A stretch of DNA of 64,000 nt. Origin: an uncultured Acidobacteriota bacterium. GTDB taxonomy: Bacteria; Acidobacteriota; Thermoanaerobaculia; Multivoradales; UBA5704. The stretch covers positions 1,088,001 to 1,152,000 of the forward strand of contig CAVYRF010000002.1 in assembly GCA_963770895.1 (NCBI GenBank), written 5' to 3'. A program made the position numbers and the translations under genes. The notes beneath the pieces are model-generated. The model was not told the origin of the DNA, searched no databases, and saw only the letters and a program-made list of their open reading frames with translations. Positions 1 to 9,200 of this stretch are shown piece by piece. Numbering within the stretch: the first letter of the stretch is position 1; each line of letters opens with the position of its first letter.

Positions 1-11
1 GGCGGCGCGTT

Positions 12-2156
12 TCAGTAGGCCAGCAGCTCGCGAGCGGCTTCCAGCACCTTGTCGCGGCCGGGCAGCAGGACGTTTTCCAGCACACGCGCGTAGGGGACCG
101 GGCGGTCGGGGTAGGTGACGCGGCGGATCGGCGCGTCCAGCCAGGGGAAGGCGGCGTCGGCCAGGCGGGCGGCGACTTCGGCGCCGAAGCCCAGGGTGAG
201 CGGCGCTTCGTGCACGATGAGGGCGCGGTGGGTCTTGCGCACCGACTCGGTCACCGTGGCCTCGTCGTAGGGGACCAGGGTGCGCAGGTCGACGACTTCG
301 GCTTCGATGCCGTCCTTGGCCAGCTCGGCCGCCGCCTCCAGGCAGGTCCAGGTGGTGGCGCCGTAGCCCACCAGCGTCAGGTGGCGGCCGCTGCGCACCA
401 CCCGCGCTTCGCCGATGCGGCACTGGCCGTCGCCCTCGGGCAGCACCTCCTTGATCCGCCGGTAGAGGAACTTGTGCTCGAAGATCATCACCGGGTTGGG
501 ATCGCGGATGGCCGCCTTCAGCAGGCCGCGGGCGTCGGCGGCGGTGGCGGGGCAGAGCACCTTGATGCCGGCGGTCGAAGCGAACCAGCCTTCGTCGTTC
601 TGGGAGTGGAACGGGCCGGCGCCGACGCCGCCGCCGGAGGGCAGGCGCACGACGATGGGACAGGGGACCTGCCAGCGGTAGTACAGCTTGGCGGCGACGT
701 TGACCAGCTGGTTGAAGCCGCAGGAGATGAAGTCGGCAAACTGCATTTCGACCACCGGCTTGAAGCCGAGCACCGCGGCGCCGATGGCGATCCCGATGGT
801 GCCGCTTTCGGCGATCGGGGTGTCCAGCACGCGCGACGGCCACCGCGCGTGCAGGCCGCGGGTGGTGCGGAAGGCGCCCTCGAAGGCACCGATGTCCTGG
901 CCCATCACCAGAACCGACGGATCGCGCTCCATCTCCTCGCGCAACGCCAGGTTGATCGCGTCGACATAGGTCGTCTCCTTGCCGGCAGCGCCAGCCGCTG
1001 AGCCGGCCGCCGGCGCCGCCGCCGGTTGCGAGCCTGCCTGCACCGGCACGGCGGCGGTCCCGGCCGGCGTGACGTCCGCGCCTGCCACGTCGCCCGCGAG
1101 CGGCGCGAACACCGGACGCAGGGCGGTCGCCGGCTGCGGCGGCGCGGCATCGATGGCGGCGGTGATGGAGCGTTCGACCAGCTCGGCGATGCGGGCGTCC
1201 AGGCGGGCGGCCAGGTCGCCGTCCAGCACGCCGTCCACTTGCAGGCGCCGGGCGTAGGCCGGCACCGGGTCGGCGGCGCGGTAGGTGGCCAGCTCTTCGG
1301 CGGGCACCACCTTCAGCGAATCGTCGCCCTCGGCGTGGCCGCGCATGCGGCCCAACATCGCTTCGAGCAGGGTGGGCCCCTTGCCGGCGCGGGCGCGATC
1401 GACGGCGCGCGCCAGGGCTTTGGCCATGACGTCGGGATCGTTGCCGTCCACCGTTTCAGCGGCGATGCCGTAGCCGGCGCCGCGGTCGGACAGGCGCTTT
1501 GCCGCGTACTGCTGATCGGCCGGGGTCGAAAAGGCGTAGCGGTTGTTTTCGACCACCAGGACCAGCGGCAGCTTCCACACCGCCGCCATGTTCAGGCCTT
1601 CGTGAAAATCGCCGGTCGAGGTGCCGCCTTCGCCGATGAAATTGATCGCCACCCGATCGCTGCCGCGCTGGCGGAAGGCGAACGCGCAGCCGGCCGCCAC
1701 CGGGATCATGCTGCCCAGGTGGCTGATCATGCCCAGGTGCAGGATGTCGCTGCCGGGCGCCAGGTAGCCGTAGTGAAACGAGCGCTCGACCCCTTGCGAA
1801 AAACCCTCGCCCTTGCCCAGCAGCTGGCAGGCGAGGCGCACCAGCAGCGCCTCGGGATCGGGCCGGCGGTCGCCGGCGCCGGCCGGACTGGTGAAGCCCA
1901 GGCCCGGAAAGGTGCGCGCCGGGTCGAGATAGACGGCCAGGATGGCGCCCAGGTCGCGGTGCAGGGTGCACAGCGCGTCGCCGGGACCGAGCGCGAGGCC
2001 GGCCGGGATGGTGGTCGCCTCGTTGCCGACCTCGCTGTACCACTTGGACACGCGGCCGGTCAGCAGCAGGGCTTCGAAGCGGGCGTCGAAATCCCGCGTG
2101 AGCTTCATGTAGGCGTAGCGGAGCAGGCGCTGGCGCCGGCTGGTCAGATTGGGCAT
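12..2156 (-). CDS. 2-oxoacid dehydrogenase E1, fused alpha+beta subunits (branched-chain/pyruvate type)
   Basis: ThDP motif GEGGTSTGDFHEGLN..ENN and RMRGHAEGD in the alpha half; DTPIAE, EMQFADF, GPFHSQ in the beta half; Ala/Pro linker between them. Confidence 0.92.
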   Translation of the reverse strand: MPNLTSRRQRLLRYAYMKLTRDFDARFEALLLTGRVSKWYSEVGNEATTIPAGLALGPGDALCTLHRDLGAILAVYLDPARTFPGLGFTSPAGAGDRRPDPEALLVRLACQLLGKGEGFSQGVERSFHYGYLAPGSDILHLGMISHLGSMIPVAAGCAFAFRQRGSDRVAINFIGEGGTSTGDFHEGLNMAAVWKLPLVLVVENNRYAFSTPADQQYAAKRLSDRGAGYGIAAETVDGNDPDVMAKALARAVDRARAGKGPTLLEAMLGRMRGHAEGDDSLKVVPAEELATYRAADPVPAYARRLQVDGVLDGDLAARLDARIAELVERSITAAIDAAPPQPATALRPVFAPLAGDVAGADVTPAGTAAVPVQAGSQPAAAPAAGSAAGAAGKETTYVDAINLALREEMERDPSVLVMGQDIGAFEGAFRTTRGLHARWPSRVLDTPIAESGTIGIAIGAAVLGFKPVVEMQFADFISCGFNQLVNVAAKLYYRWQVPCPIVVRLPSGGGVGAGPFHSQNDEGWFASTAGIKVLCPATAADARGLLKAAIRDPNPVMIFEHKFLYRRIKEVLPEGDGQCRIGEARVVRSGRHLTLVGYGATTWTCLEAAAELAKDGIEAEVVDLRTLVPYDEATVTESVRKTHRALIVHEAPLTLGFGAEVAARLADAAFPWLDAPIRRVTYPDRPVPYARVLENVLLPGRDKVLEAARELLAY

Positions 2157-2190
2157 AGGGGTGGAAGTGTACGCAGCCGCGGCGGCCGGC

Positions 2191-4596
2191 TCAAGGGCGG
2201 CCGGCGCGCAGCTGGCGCTCGATGCGCTTGCGGTGGCGATTCTCCGGGTCGATGTTGAGCAGGACGCGGAAGGCCAGCTCGGCGTTCTTGATGTCGCCCT
2301 TGGCCAGGAAGGCGTCCACCTGCTGCACTCCCTGCTCCACCGCCTGCTGGTGGCGGTGGATCGCCTCCAGCCGCTCGATCTCGGCGTACATGGCCGCGGC
2401 GCGGGGGCTCGCCGGCAGCGCCTGCTCCATCTCGGCGGTGGCTTCGCGAGCGCCGAACCAGTCGCGCGCCTCGCGGCGCTCGCGGTAGCGCTTCTCGATC
2501 GGCGCGGTCAGGCGCTCCTGGCCGGCGGCGCGGCGCGCTTCGGCCAGGCGCTCGCGGAAGGAGTCCAGCGTGATGTTGCTCAAACCGAGCGCCGCCAGGT
2601 GGCCGATCTCCGCTTCCGCTTCGACCAGCTTGTGGGCCGCCAGCAGCTCGGTGAGGCGCTTTTTGTGCGCTTCGAATTCGGCGCCCTGCCGCACCATCTG
2701 TTCGGCAGCCTCCAGCTCGTTGGCCAGCTCTTCCGCCCGCTTGCCCGTCAGGTCGTTGCGCGCCACCGTCGCCAGCTCTCGCCGCGCCGCCGCGAAGTCG
2801 CGCCGGGTGATGGCCGCGCGGCCGGCTTGCAGCGCCACGTCGGCCCGCCGGTCCTGGTCCACCTCTTCGGCCAGGAGGTTGACCCAGCTTTCGTAGTCGG
2901 CGCGGTTGGGGTGGTGCGGCGCCAGCTCCAGCAGGGTTTCGAGCGCCAGGCGGGCAAGCGGCAGCTGCTTGCGCTCCAGGTAGCGCCGCAGCACCCGCTC
3001 CGCCTCTTCGACCCGCTGCCGGACGCCGGGATCGCCGCCCGGCTTGACGTCGGCGCCGGCGCCGGTGCCGCCGGGGGCAGCGGTGGCGGCGGCAGGCACG
3101 CTGCTGCCAGGCACGGCGACACCGGCGACCGGCGGCGCCCCTTCGATCGGCGCGCGCGGCGTCGGCAACGGGTCGCCGACCGGCGGCGACGACGGCGGCG
3201 GCGGTTCGCGCACCGGACCCGAAGGCGCTGGGGCCGGCGGCTCGCGCACGGGGGGCGGCGGAGCCGGCGGCGGCGCGGGTGCCGGCCGCTCCGGCGCCAG
3301 CGCTGCCGCCCGCTGCTGCTGCTGCTGGGGCACCGGCGCGCCGGCCGCCTGCGACGCCTGGGCAAGCCGCTCCTTGAGCGCCTCCAGACCCGGCGAGCGC
3401 GGATGGGTGCTTTCGATCTGCGCCACCCGCCGCTGGGCGTCGTCGAGTCGCCCGGCGGCGATCGCGCCTTCGACGCGCGCCAGGTCGATCGAGCTCTCGC
3501 TGACCCGCTTGGCGGCGCGCTCGATCTGCGCCAGCAGGTCCAGCTTTTCGGCGCGCGACAGCTCGCTGGCGGTGCGCGGGCGCGCGGCCGCGGCAGACAC
3601 GCCGGTGGCAGTCGCCGGAGTCGTCGCCGCCGTGGGTCGCGGCGAGCCGGCGGCCGGGGTCGCCGCGAGCACGGCGGCGCGCGCTTCAGGCGACATCACC
3701 ACCTCGCGCGTCTCGACCTTCTGCAGGCCTTGTTCGACCTTTTCGAGGGCAACGATGAACGACACGCTATCCGGCAGCCGCCTGTCGCGGTCGCGCTCCA
3801 GCGCCTGGCGCACCAACCGGTCCAGCTCCACCGGCACCTCGATCCTGGGGTTGCGGCCGACCATCGGCAGCGGCTGCTCGGACAGCCGCTTGAAGATGAA
3901 GCCGTGCGGCGAATCCGATTCGAACGGCGGCAGCCCGGTCACCATCTCGTAGAGCACCAGGGCAAAGGAATAGAGGTCGCTGCGCCCGTCCAGGACCTCG
4001 CCGGTCGCGGCGCCCGCCTGCTCGGGCGAGCAATACTGGAGCTTCCCCATGAAGGTGCCGGCCTGCGTGATCTCCAGGTTGCCATCGCTCTGCTCCAGGT
4101 TTTTTGCCAACCCCAGGTCGATGATCTTGAGCCACGCCTGCTGGCGGTTGTTCTCCATGATCATCAGGTTGTCGGGCGACAGGTCGCGGTGCACGATGCC
4201 CGCGGCGTGGATCGCCCCCAGGCCGCGCAGGGCCTGGATGGCCAGGCGGATCGCGGTCGACACCGGGAACGGTCCGCGCTGCCGCAGCCAGTCGCCCACG
4301 TCCTGACCCTGGATGTGCTCCCACACCATGTAGAAGCTGCCGTCCGGCAGCCGGGAGAAGTCGTACAGGATCGCGACGTTGGGATGCTTGATCTGCGTCG
4401 CCAGGCGGGCTTCGCGCACGAAGCGCTTTTGCGCCACCGGGTCGGCGGCAAGGTCCTGGCGCAGGATCTTGACCACCCGCAGCTCCTGCAGATGGACGTG
4501 GCGCACCAGGTACACCTCGCCCATCCCGCCGCTGCCCAGGCGCCGGACGACCTCGTACTTGTCGTCGAGGATGGTGCCTGGCTCGCGCGCGGTCAC
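2191..4596 (-). CDS. Hanks-type Ser/Thr protein kinase with Pro-rich linker and helical/TPR-like C-terminus
   Basis: LGSGGMGEVY, VVK, HRDLSPDN, DLGLAK, YCSPEQ, SDLYS motifs; start moved to the GTG at 4596 so it does not overlap the upstream gene. Confidence 0.92.
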   Translation of the reverse strand: MTAREPGTILDDKYEVVRRLGSGGMGEVYLVRHVHLQELRVVKILRQDLAADPVAQKRFVREARLATQIKHPNVAILYDFSRLPDGSFYMVWEHIQGQDVGDWLRQRGPFPVSTAIRLAIQALRGLGAIHAAGIVHRDLSPDNLMIMENNRQQAWLKIIDLGLAKNLEQSDGNLEITQAGTFMGKLQYCSPEQAGAATGEVLDGRSDLYSFALVLYEMVTGLPPFESDSPHGFIFKRLSEQPLPMVGRNPRIEVPVELDRLVRQALERDRDRRLPDSVSFIVALEKVEQGLQKVETREVVMSPEARAAVLAATPAAGSPRPTAATTPATATGVSAAAARPRTASELSRAEKLDLLAQIERAAKRVSESSIDLARVEGAIAAGRLDDAQRRVAQIESTHPRSPGLEALKERLAQASQAAGAPVPQQQQQRAAALAPERPAPAPPPAPPPPVREPPAPAPSGPVREPPPPSSPPVGDPLPTPRAPIEGAPPVAGVAVPGSSVPAAATAAPGGTGAGADVKPGGDPGVRQRVEEAERVLRRYLERKQLPLARLALETLLELAPHHPNRADYESWVNLLAEEVDQDRRADVALQAGRAAITRRDFAAARRELATVARNDLTGKRAEELANELEAAEQMVRQGAEFEAHKKRLTELLAAHKLVEAEAEIGHLAALGLSNITLDSFRERLAEARRAAGQERLTAPIEKRYRERREARDWFGAREATAEMEQALPASPRAAAMYAEIERLEAIHRHQQAVEQGVQQVDAFLAKGDIKNAELAFRVLLNIDPENRHRKRIERQLRAGRP

Positions 4597-4627
4597 GGCG
4601 GCTGCTTCCCGGTGGCGGCGCCGGATC

Positions 4628-5674
4628 TCACGCCGCGGCGATCCGCGTGCCGCACCCCGGACAGAACACCGCTCCCGGCGGCAGCTTCTGGCCGCAGTTG
4701 AAACAGAAGGCTGGACCGGCACCGGCGGCGGCGCCTCCCGCGGCGGCAGCTCCCGGCGCCGCGGCGGCCGGCGGCGGCGCGCTGGCGGCCGGTGCCGCGG
4801 GCGCCGGTGCGGCCGGCGGCGGGCTGCCGCCCTGCATGGCGTCCCGCATCATGCCCGGCAACATCGCACCGACGCCGGCACCCAGGCCGAGGCCGACGCC
4901 GGCACCCATCAGGCCGCCGCCACCGCCCTGCTGCTGCGCCGAATCGCCGATCGCGCGCGCCGTCTTGAACTTGAGGTAGGCGTTGAGGTCGCCGAGCGCG
5001 CCCATGCCGCTGCGCTCGTCGATCATCTTCTGCACCTCTTCGGGGGGCGTGATGGCACCCATGAAAAGGTCCACCAGCTCGATGCCGTACTTGCTGAAGT
5101 CGTCCGCGACCCGCGCCTTGAGACCCGTCGACAGCTCGTCGTACAGACGGGGCAGATCGAAGATGGAGGTCATGTTTTCGCCCAGCACGTCGGTCAGCCG
5201 CGCCACGATCACGTCGCGGAAGTAGCTTTCCACCCCGTCGGTCGAGTAGGTGCCGCGGGTGCCGACGATGGTGTTGACGAACACCTGGGAGTTGGAGACC
5301 CGCACGGCGAACTTGCCGAAGGCGCGCAACCGCACCATGGCCAGCTCCTTGTCGCGGAAGATGACCGGCTCCTTGGTGCCCCACTTGAGGTCCAGGAAGG
5401 TCTTGGTCGACACGAAGATCACCGCCGCCTGGAACGGCGAGGTGCCGCCGAAGGGGATGCTCAGCAGGCGCGTCAGCACCGGCACGTTCTGCGTCGCCAG
5501 CGTGTGCCGGCCAGGGCCGAAGGTGTCCAGGGCCTTGCCGTCGCGCAGGAACACCGCCTGCTGGCTCTCTTCCACGATGAGCTGACTGCCCAGCCGGATA
5601 TCCGCCGTGCCGTTCTCCGGCCAGCGGGCCACCATCGTCTGCCCCTGCGGATCCTGGTATTGGATCACGTCCAT
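4628..5674 (-). CDS. SPFH/Band-7 (YdjI-like) protein with C-terminal zinc ribbon
   Basis: GSQLIVEESQQAVFLRDG, FGPGRHTL, LKWGT, RLRAFG; C-terminal CFNCG..FCPGCG. Confidence 0.9.
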   Translation of the reverse strand: MDVIQYQDPQGQTMVARWPENGTADIRLGSQLIVEESQQAVFLRDGKALDTFGPGRHTLATQNVPVLTRLLSIPFGGTSPFQAAVIFVSTKTFLDLKWGTKEPVIFRDKELAMVRLRAFGKFAVRVSNSQVFVNTIVGTRGTYSTDGVESYFRDVIVARLTDVLGENMTSIFDLPRLYDELSTGLKARVADDFSKYGIELVDLFMGAITPPEEVQKMIDERSGMGALGDLNAYLKFKTARAIGDSAQQQGGGGGLMGAGVGLGLGAGVGAMLPGMMRDAMQGGSPPPAAPAPAAPAASAPPPAAAAPGAAAAGGAAAGAGPAFCFNCGQKLPPGAVFCPGCGTRIAAA

Positions 5675-5755
5675 CGTTCTGATCTCCTGTGGCGCCCCGG
5701 CCTGGGCCGGAAGGCGCGCGAAGTTGGCTCTGCGGGCTGGCGGCCGGCGGCCCGG

Positions 5756-6334
5756 CTAGCTGCCCGTGGCGTTGGCCGGCGGCGGCGGTGGCACCGGCGC
5801 CGGCGCTGCCGGCGCCGGCTGCAGCACCTGGCTGATGACCTGGCGGCGCTGCCGCCACTTGTCGTCCAGCGCGTGCACCAGGTCGCGCACCTTGTCGAGC
5901 GCCGGACCCGCGTCGCCCGCACCCGGCGCCGGCACGGCGGCGATCGCCTGCTCGATGGCGCCGACGTCGCTGACGATCGACAGGTCGAAGGCGTACAGGC
6001 GCTCCAGCTCGGCGTCGCCGATCTTGACCGGGTCAAAGAGGCCCGAAGCGCCGTAATCGCTGAAGCGGATCGCCGACTGCAGCCCGTCCAGCTGGCGGTC
6101 GAGGCGGCCGAACGGACCCAGCGCCGCGATCTGTCCGGCATCGGTGTAGTCGCGCGCGCGGCCGGCGAGCGCCGTTTTCAGCCGCCCCATGTCACCTGCC
6201 AGGTGCTCGCGCTGGGCCTTGTCGACGTCGCGCCGCAGCTCCCGGTCCTGAAAGCCCCGATAGCCGGGGATCATCGCCCCCAGGCGTTCGAGGAGATTGC
6301 GCTGTCCTTTGGCTTGTTCGTAGCCGTCGGTCAT
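5756..6334 (-). CDS. Conserved-looking helical hypothetical protein, first gene of the SPFH/kinase operon
   Basis: ATG at 6334 preceded by GGAGG; typical codon usage; IPGYRGF..RRDVDK..YGASGLFD..LYAFD. Confidence 0.75.
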   Translation of the reverse strand: MTDGYEQAKGQRNLLERLGAMIPGYRGFQDRELRRDVDKAQREHLAGDMGRLKTALAGRARDYTDAGQIAALGPFGRLDRQLDGLQSAIRFSDYGASGLFDPVKIGDAELERLYAFDLSIVSDVGAIEQAIAAVPAPGAGDAGPALDKVRDLVHALDDKWRQRRQVISQVLQPAPAAPAPVPPPPPANATGS

Positions 6335-6595
6335 TCGAGCCTCCGATCGTGCTCTACCTCGATACCCATGGTACCAGAGCCGCCGCCGCGCCCCCGCACC
6401 CGGCACCGCCGGACACCCCCGGCGCGCCGGCCGCCGCGACGGCGTCCGAAGCCAGGTACGTACCGGCGCTCGGGGCGGTTTTTCCGTTACCGGCGATGCC
6501 GCTTCCCGCTGCCAGGCGTATTCGCTATCATCCGTGCAGTCTTAGCGCCGTTGAAACATACTGTCCAAAGCTTCAGGGAAGTCACAGGAGGTGTA

Positions 6596-9097
6596 TTGCG
6601 CGACATCGTAAAGAGTCTGCGCAAATGCGCGCGACCGCTCCAGCTGGTTGGAGTGGCCGCTGCCTTGGCGTGGGGTCTCGGCTGCGCACGCGGTGACGGC
6701 GACGGCGGCGTCAGCTCCGCCCGCGGCGCGACGGGTGCGGCGGCGGCGGCCCCAGGCCCGGCGGGCACCGGCGAGCGCGCGGGCACCGTTGCTGCCGGAG
6801 CGGCCGCGGCCGGCGGCGGTGGCGGTGGTGCGGGCGGCGGCGGACCGCGGCTCAACCTGCTGCTGGTGACCCTGGACACCGTGCGCGCCGATCACCTGGG
6901 CTGCTACGGCGGCGCCAGCGCCGAGACGCCGACCCTGGACGGGCTGGCGCGCGAAGGGGTGCGGTTTGCGCATGCGGCGTCGCCGGTGCCGCTGACGCTG
7001 CCGGCGCACACCAGCATCCTCACCGGCCTGCTGCCGGCGCGCCACGGCGTGCGCAACAACGGCGGCGCTGGCCTGGCCGCCGGTTTTCCCACCCTGGCGA
7101 CGCGCCTGGCCGCCGCCGGCTACCGCACCGGCGCCTTTGTCAGCGCCTTCGTGCTGGACCATCGCTTCGGCCTCCAGGCGGGCTTCGCCACCTACGACGA
7201 CGAGGTGCGGCGCGATCCCAACGCCGGCTGGGTGCTGGAAGCGCAGCGGCCGGGCGACCAGACGGTGGACCGCGCGCTGGCCTGGCTGGACAGCCAGCCG
7301 GCCGGCGACCAGCACCCATTCTTCCTCTGGGTGCACCTTTATGATGTGCATGCACCCTACAATGCTCCACCGCCGTACCGGCAACGCCATGCGGAGCGCC
7401 CCTATGACGGCGCCCTGGCCTTTGACGACGCGCAGCTGGGGCGGCTGCTGGCCGGAATCGACCGGCGCGGCGGGCGCGCCAGCACCCTGGTCGCGGTCGC
7501 CGCCGACCACGGCGAATCGCTGGGCGAGCACGGCGAGGCCACCCACGGCCTGCTGCTGTACGAAGGCGACCTGGCGGTGCCGCTGCTGCTGCGCGGCCCC
7601 GGCCTGGCGCCCGGCGTGGTAGCGACCCCGGTGGGCTTGATCGACCTGGCGCCGACGCTCGCCGGCTTGCTCGGCCTGGGCTCGGGATGGTCGGCGGCGG
7701 CCATCGACGGCCGCGACCTGTCCGCCGGCCTGCGCGGCCGGCGCGAGCCGCCGCCCACCGACCTCTATGCCGAGACGCGCTACCCCGAGATCTTCGGCTG
7801 GCAGCCGCTCGCCGCGCTGCGCCGCCGCGACCTCAAGTACATCGCGGCGCAGCGCCCCGAGCTCTACGACCTGACGCGCGACCCGCGCGAACAGGCCAAC
7901 CTGGCCGCCACCGCCGCCGCCGCGCCCCACACCGCCGGCGGCGCACCGGCGGCGGCGGCCGGCGGCCGTGGCGCCGACGAGCAGCGCCGCCTGCTGCAGG
8001 GGTTCGCGGCGCGCGTCGCCGGCATCGCCGCCGACGCCCTGCGCCTGCCGCCGCCCTACGCACTCGCCGCCGTTGCCGCCAACAACGCCAACACCGCGGC
8101 GCCTTCCCGCGGCGCCGGCCAGCCCGCCGCCGGCGGCGACGCGGAAGCGCGCGCCCGCCTGGAGAGCCTGGGCTACGTCACCGGCGGGCCCGCGGTGACG
8201 ACCGGAGCGGCGGAGGCGAACGCGGCGCGGCGCGGCGCGGCGGCTCCCTACGGGCCCGAGCCCAGCCGCCAGGTGGAGCTGTTCCAGCGCTTCGAGCGCG
8301 CCCACGACGAGCAGCTGGCCGGCAACAAGGCCGCCGCCCAGGCCGACCTGGAGGCGCTGGTGGCGAGCGACCCGCCCAACCCGGTGTTCCGCGCCAAGCT
8401 GGCCCAGGTGCTGCGCGAGCGCGGCGACCTGGCGCGCGCCATCCCGCTCTACCGCAGCGCCGCCGCAGCCACCCCCGCCGACCCCGAGGCCTGGTACAAC
8501 CTGGCGGCGGCGCTGTCCGAGGCGGGGCAGCTCGGCGAGGCGCGCACCGCGATCGAAAAGGCGCTGCGCCTGGACCCCGGCCGCCCCGAGGCGCACAACA
8601 CCCTGGGCCTGGTGCTGCTCGGCGAGCGCAAGCCTGAGGACGCCCGCCGCGAGTTCGCGGCGGCGGTCGCGGCCGACCCGCGCAACGCCCACGCCTGGAA
8701 CAACCTGGGCAACGTCCTGCGCGCGCTGGGCCGGCCGGCGGACGCGGACCACGCCTATCGCCAGGCGCTGGCGGCGGCCCCCGACTACCCCGAAGCGCTC
8801 AACGGCCTGGGCACGCTCGCCGTGCAGCAGGATCAGCCGGCGGCGGCGCTGCCGCTGTTCGACCGGGCGCTGGCCCTGGCCCCCGGTTACCACGAGGTGC
8901 GGCTCAACCGCGCCATCGCCCTGCAGATGGCGGGCAACGCCGCTGCCGCGGCGGGCGCCTATCGCGACTTTCTTGCGGCTACCGACGCGCAACCGCGCCT
9001 GTTTGCGGAGCAGCGCCAGGCGGCGCGCCATTTCCTCGATCAGCTCACCCACGCCGGCGCCGCGCCACCGTCGCGGCAGCCGCCAGGAGGGAGGTGA
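6596..9097 (+). CDS. Sulfatase-like (alkaline phosphatase superfamily) hydrolase with C-terminal TPR repeats, probably exported
   Basis: LLVTLDTVRADHL, LTLPAHTSILTG, HLYDVHAPY, ADHGE..HG; TPRs (AWYNLA, AHNTLG, AWNNLG); GGAGG before the TTG at 6596; possible lipobox WGLGC. Confidence 0.88.
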   Translation: MRDIVKSLRKCARPLQLVGVAAALAWGLGCARGDGDGGVSSARGATGAAAAAPGPAGTGERAGTVAAGAAAAGGGGGGAGGGGPRLNLLLVTLDTVRADHLGCYGGASAETPTLDGLAREGVRFAHAASPVPLTLPAHTSILTGLLPARHGVRNNGGAGLAAGFPTLATRLAAAGYRTGAFVSAFVLDHRFGLQAGFATYDDEVRRDPNAGWVLEAQRPGDQTVDRALAWLDSQPAGDQHPFFLWVHLYDVHAPYNAPPPYRQRHAERPYDGALAFDDAQLGRLLAGIDRRGGRASTLVAVAADHGESLGEHGEATHGLLLYEGDLAVPLLLRGPGLAPGVVATPVGLIDLAPTLAGLLGLGSGWSAAAIDGRDLSAGLRGRREPPPTDLYAETRYPEIFGWQPLAALRRRDLKYIAAQRPELYDLTRDPREQANLAATAAAAPHTAGGAPAAAAGGRGADEQRRLLQGFAARVAGIAADALRLPPPYALAAVAANNANTAAPSRGAGQPAAGGDAEARARLESLGYVTGGPAVTTGAAEANAARRGAAAPYGPEPSRQVELFQRFERAHDEQLAGNKAAAQADLEALVASDPPNPVFRAKLAQVLRERGDLARAIPLYRSAAAATPADPEAWYNLAAALSEAGQLGEARTAIEKALRLDPGRPEAHNTLGLVLLGERKPEDARREFAAAVAADPRNAHAWNNLGNVLRALGRPADADHAYRQALAAAPDYPEALNGLGTLAVQQDQPAAALPLFDRALALAPGYHEVRLNRAIALQMAGNAAAAAGAYRDFLAATDAQPRLFAEQRQAARHFLDQLTHAGAAPPSRQPPGGR

Positions 9098-9200
9098 CAC
9101 CCCGGCCGGCCGGCCGGGAGGATGGACGGGTTTTGATTTCGCGCAGCTCGCTGCGCTTCTTATTTCCGTTGCAAGCGGAATCTAAAAGGAGATCCGAGTT

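Noticed and set aside
4379-9097. 1572-aa plus-strand ORF as one giant protein
   Set aside because: The first ~740 aa are antisense to the kinase, SPFH and hypothetical genes; real coding begins near the RBS and TTG at 6596
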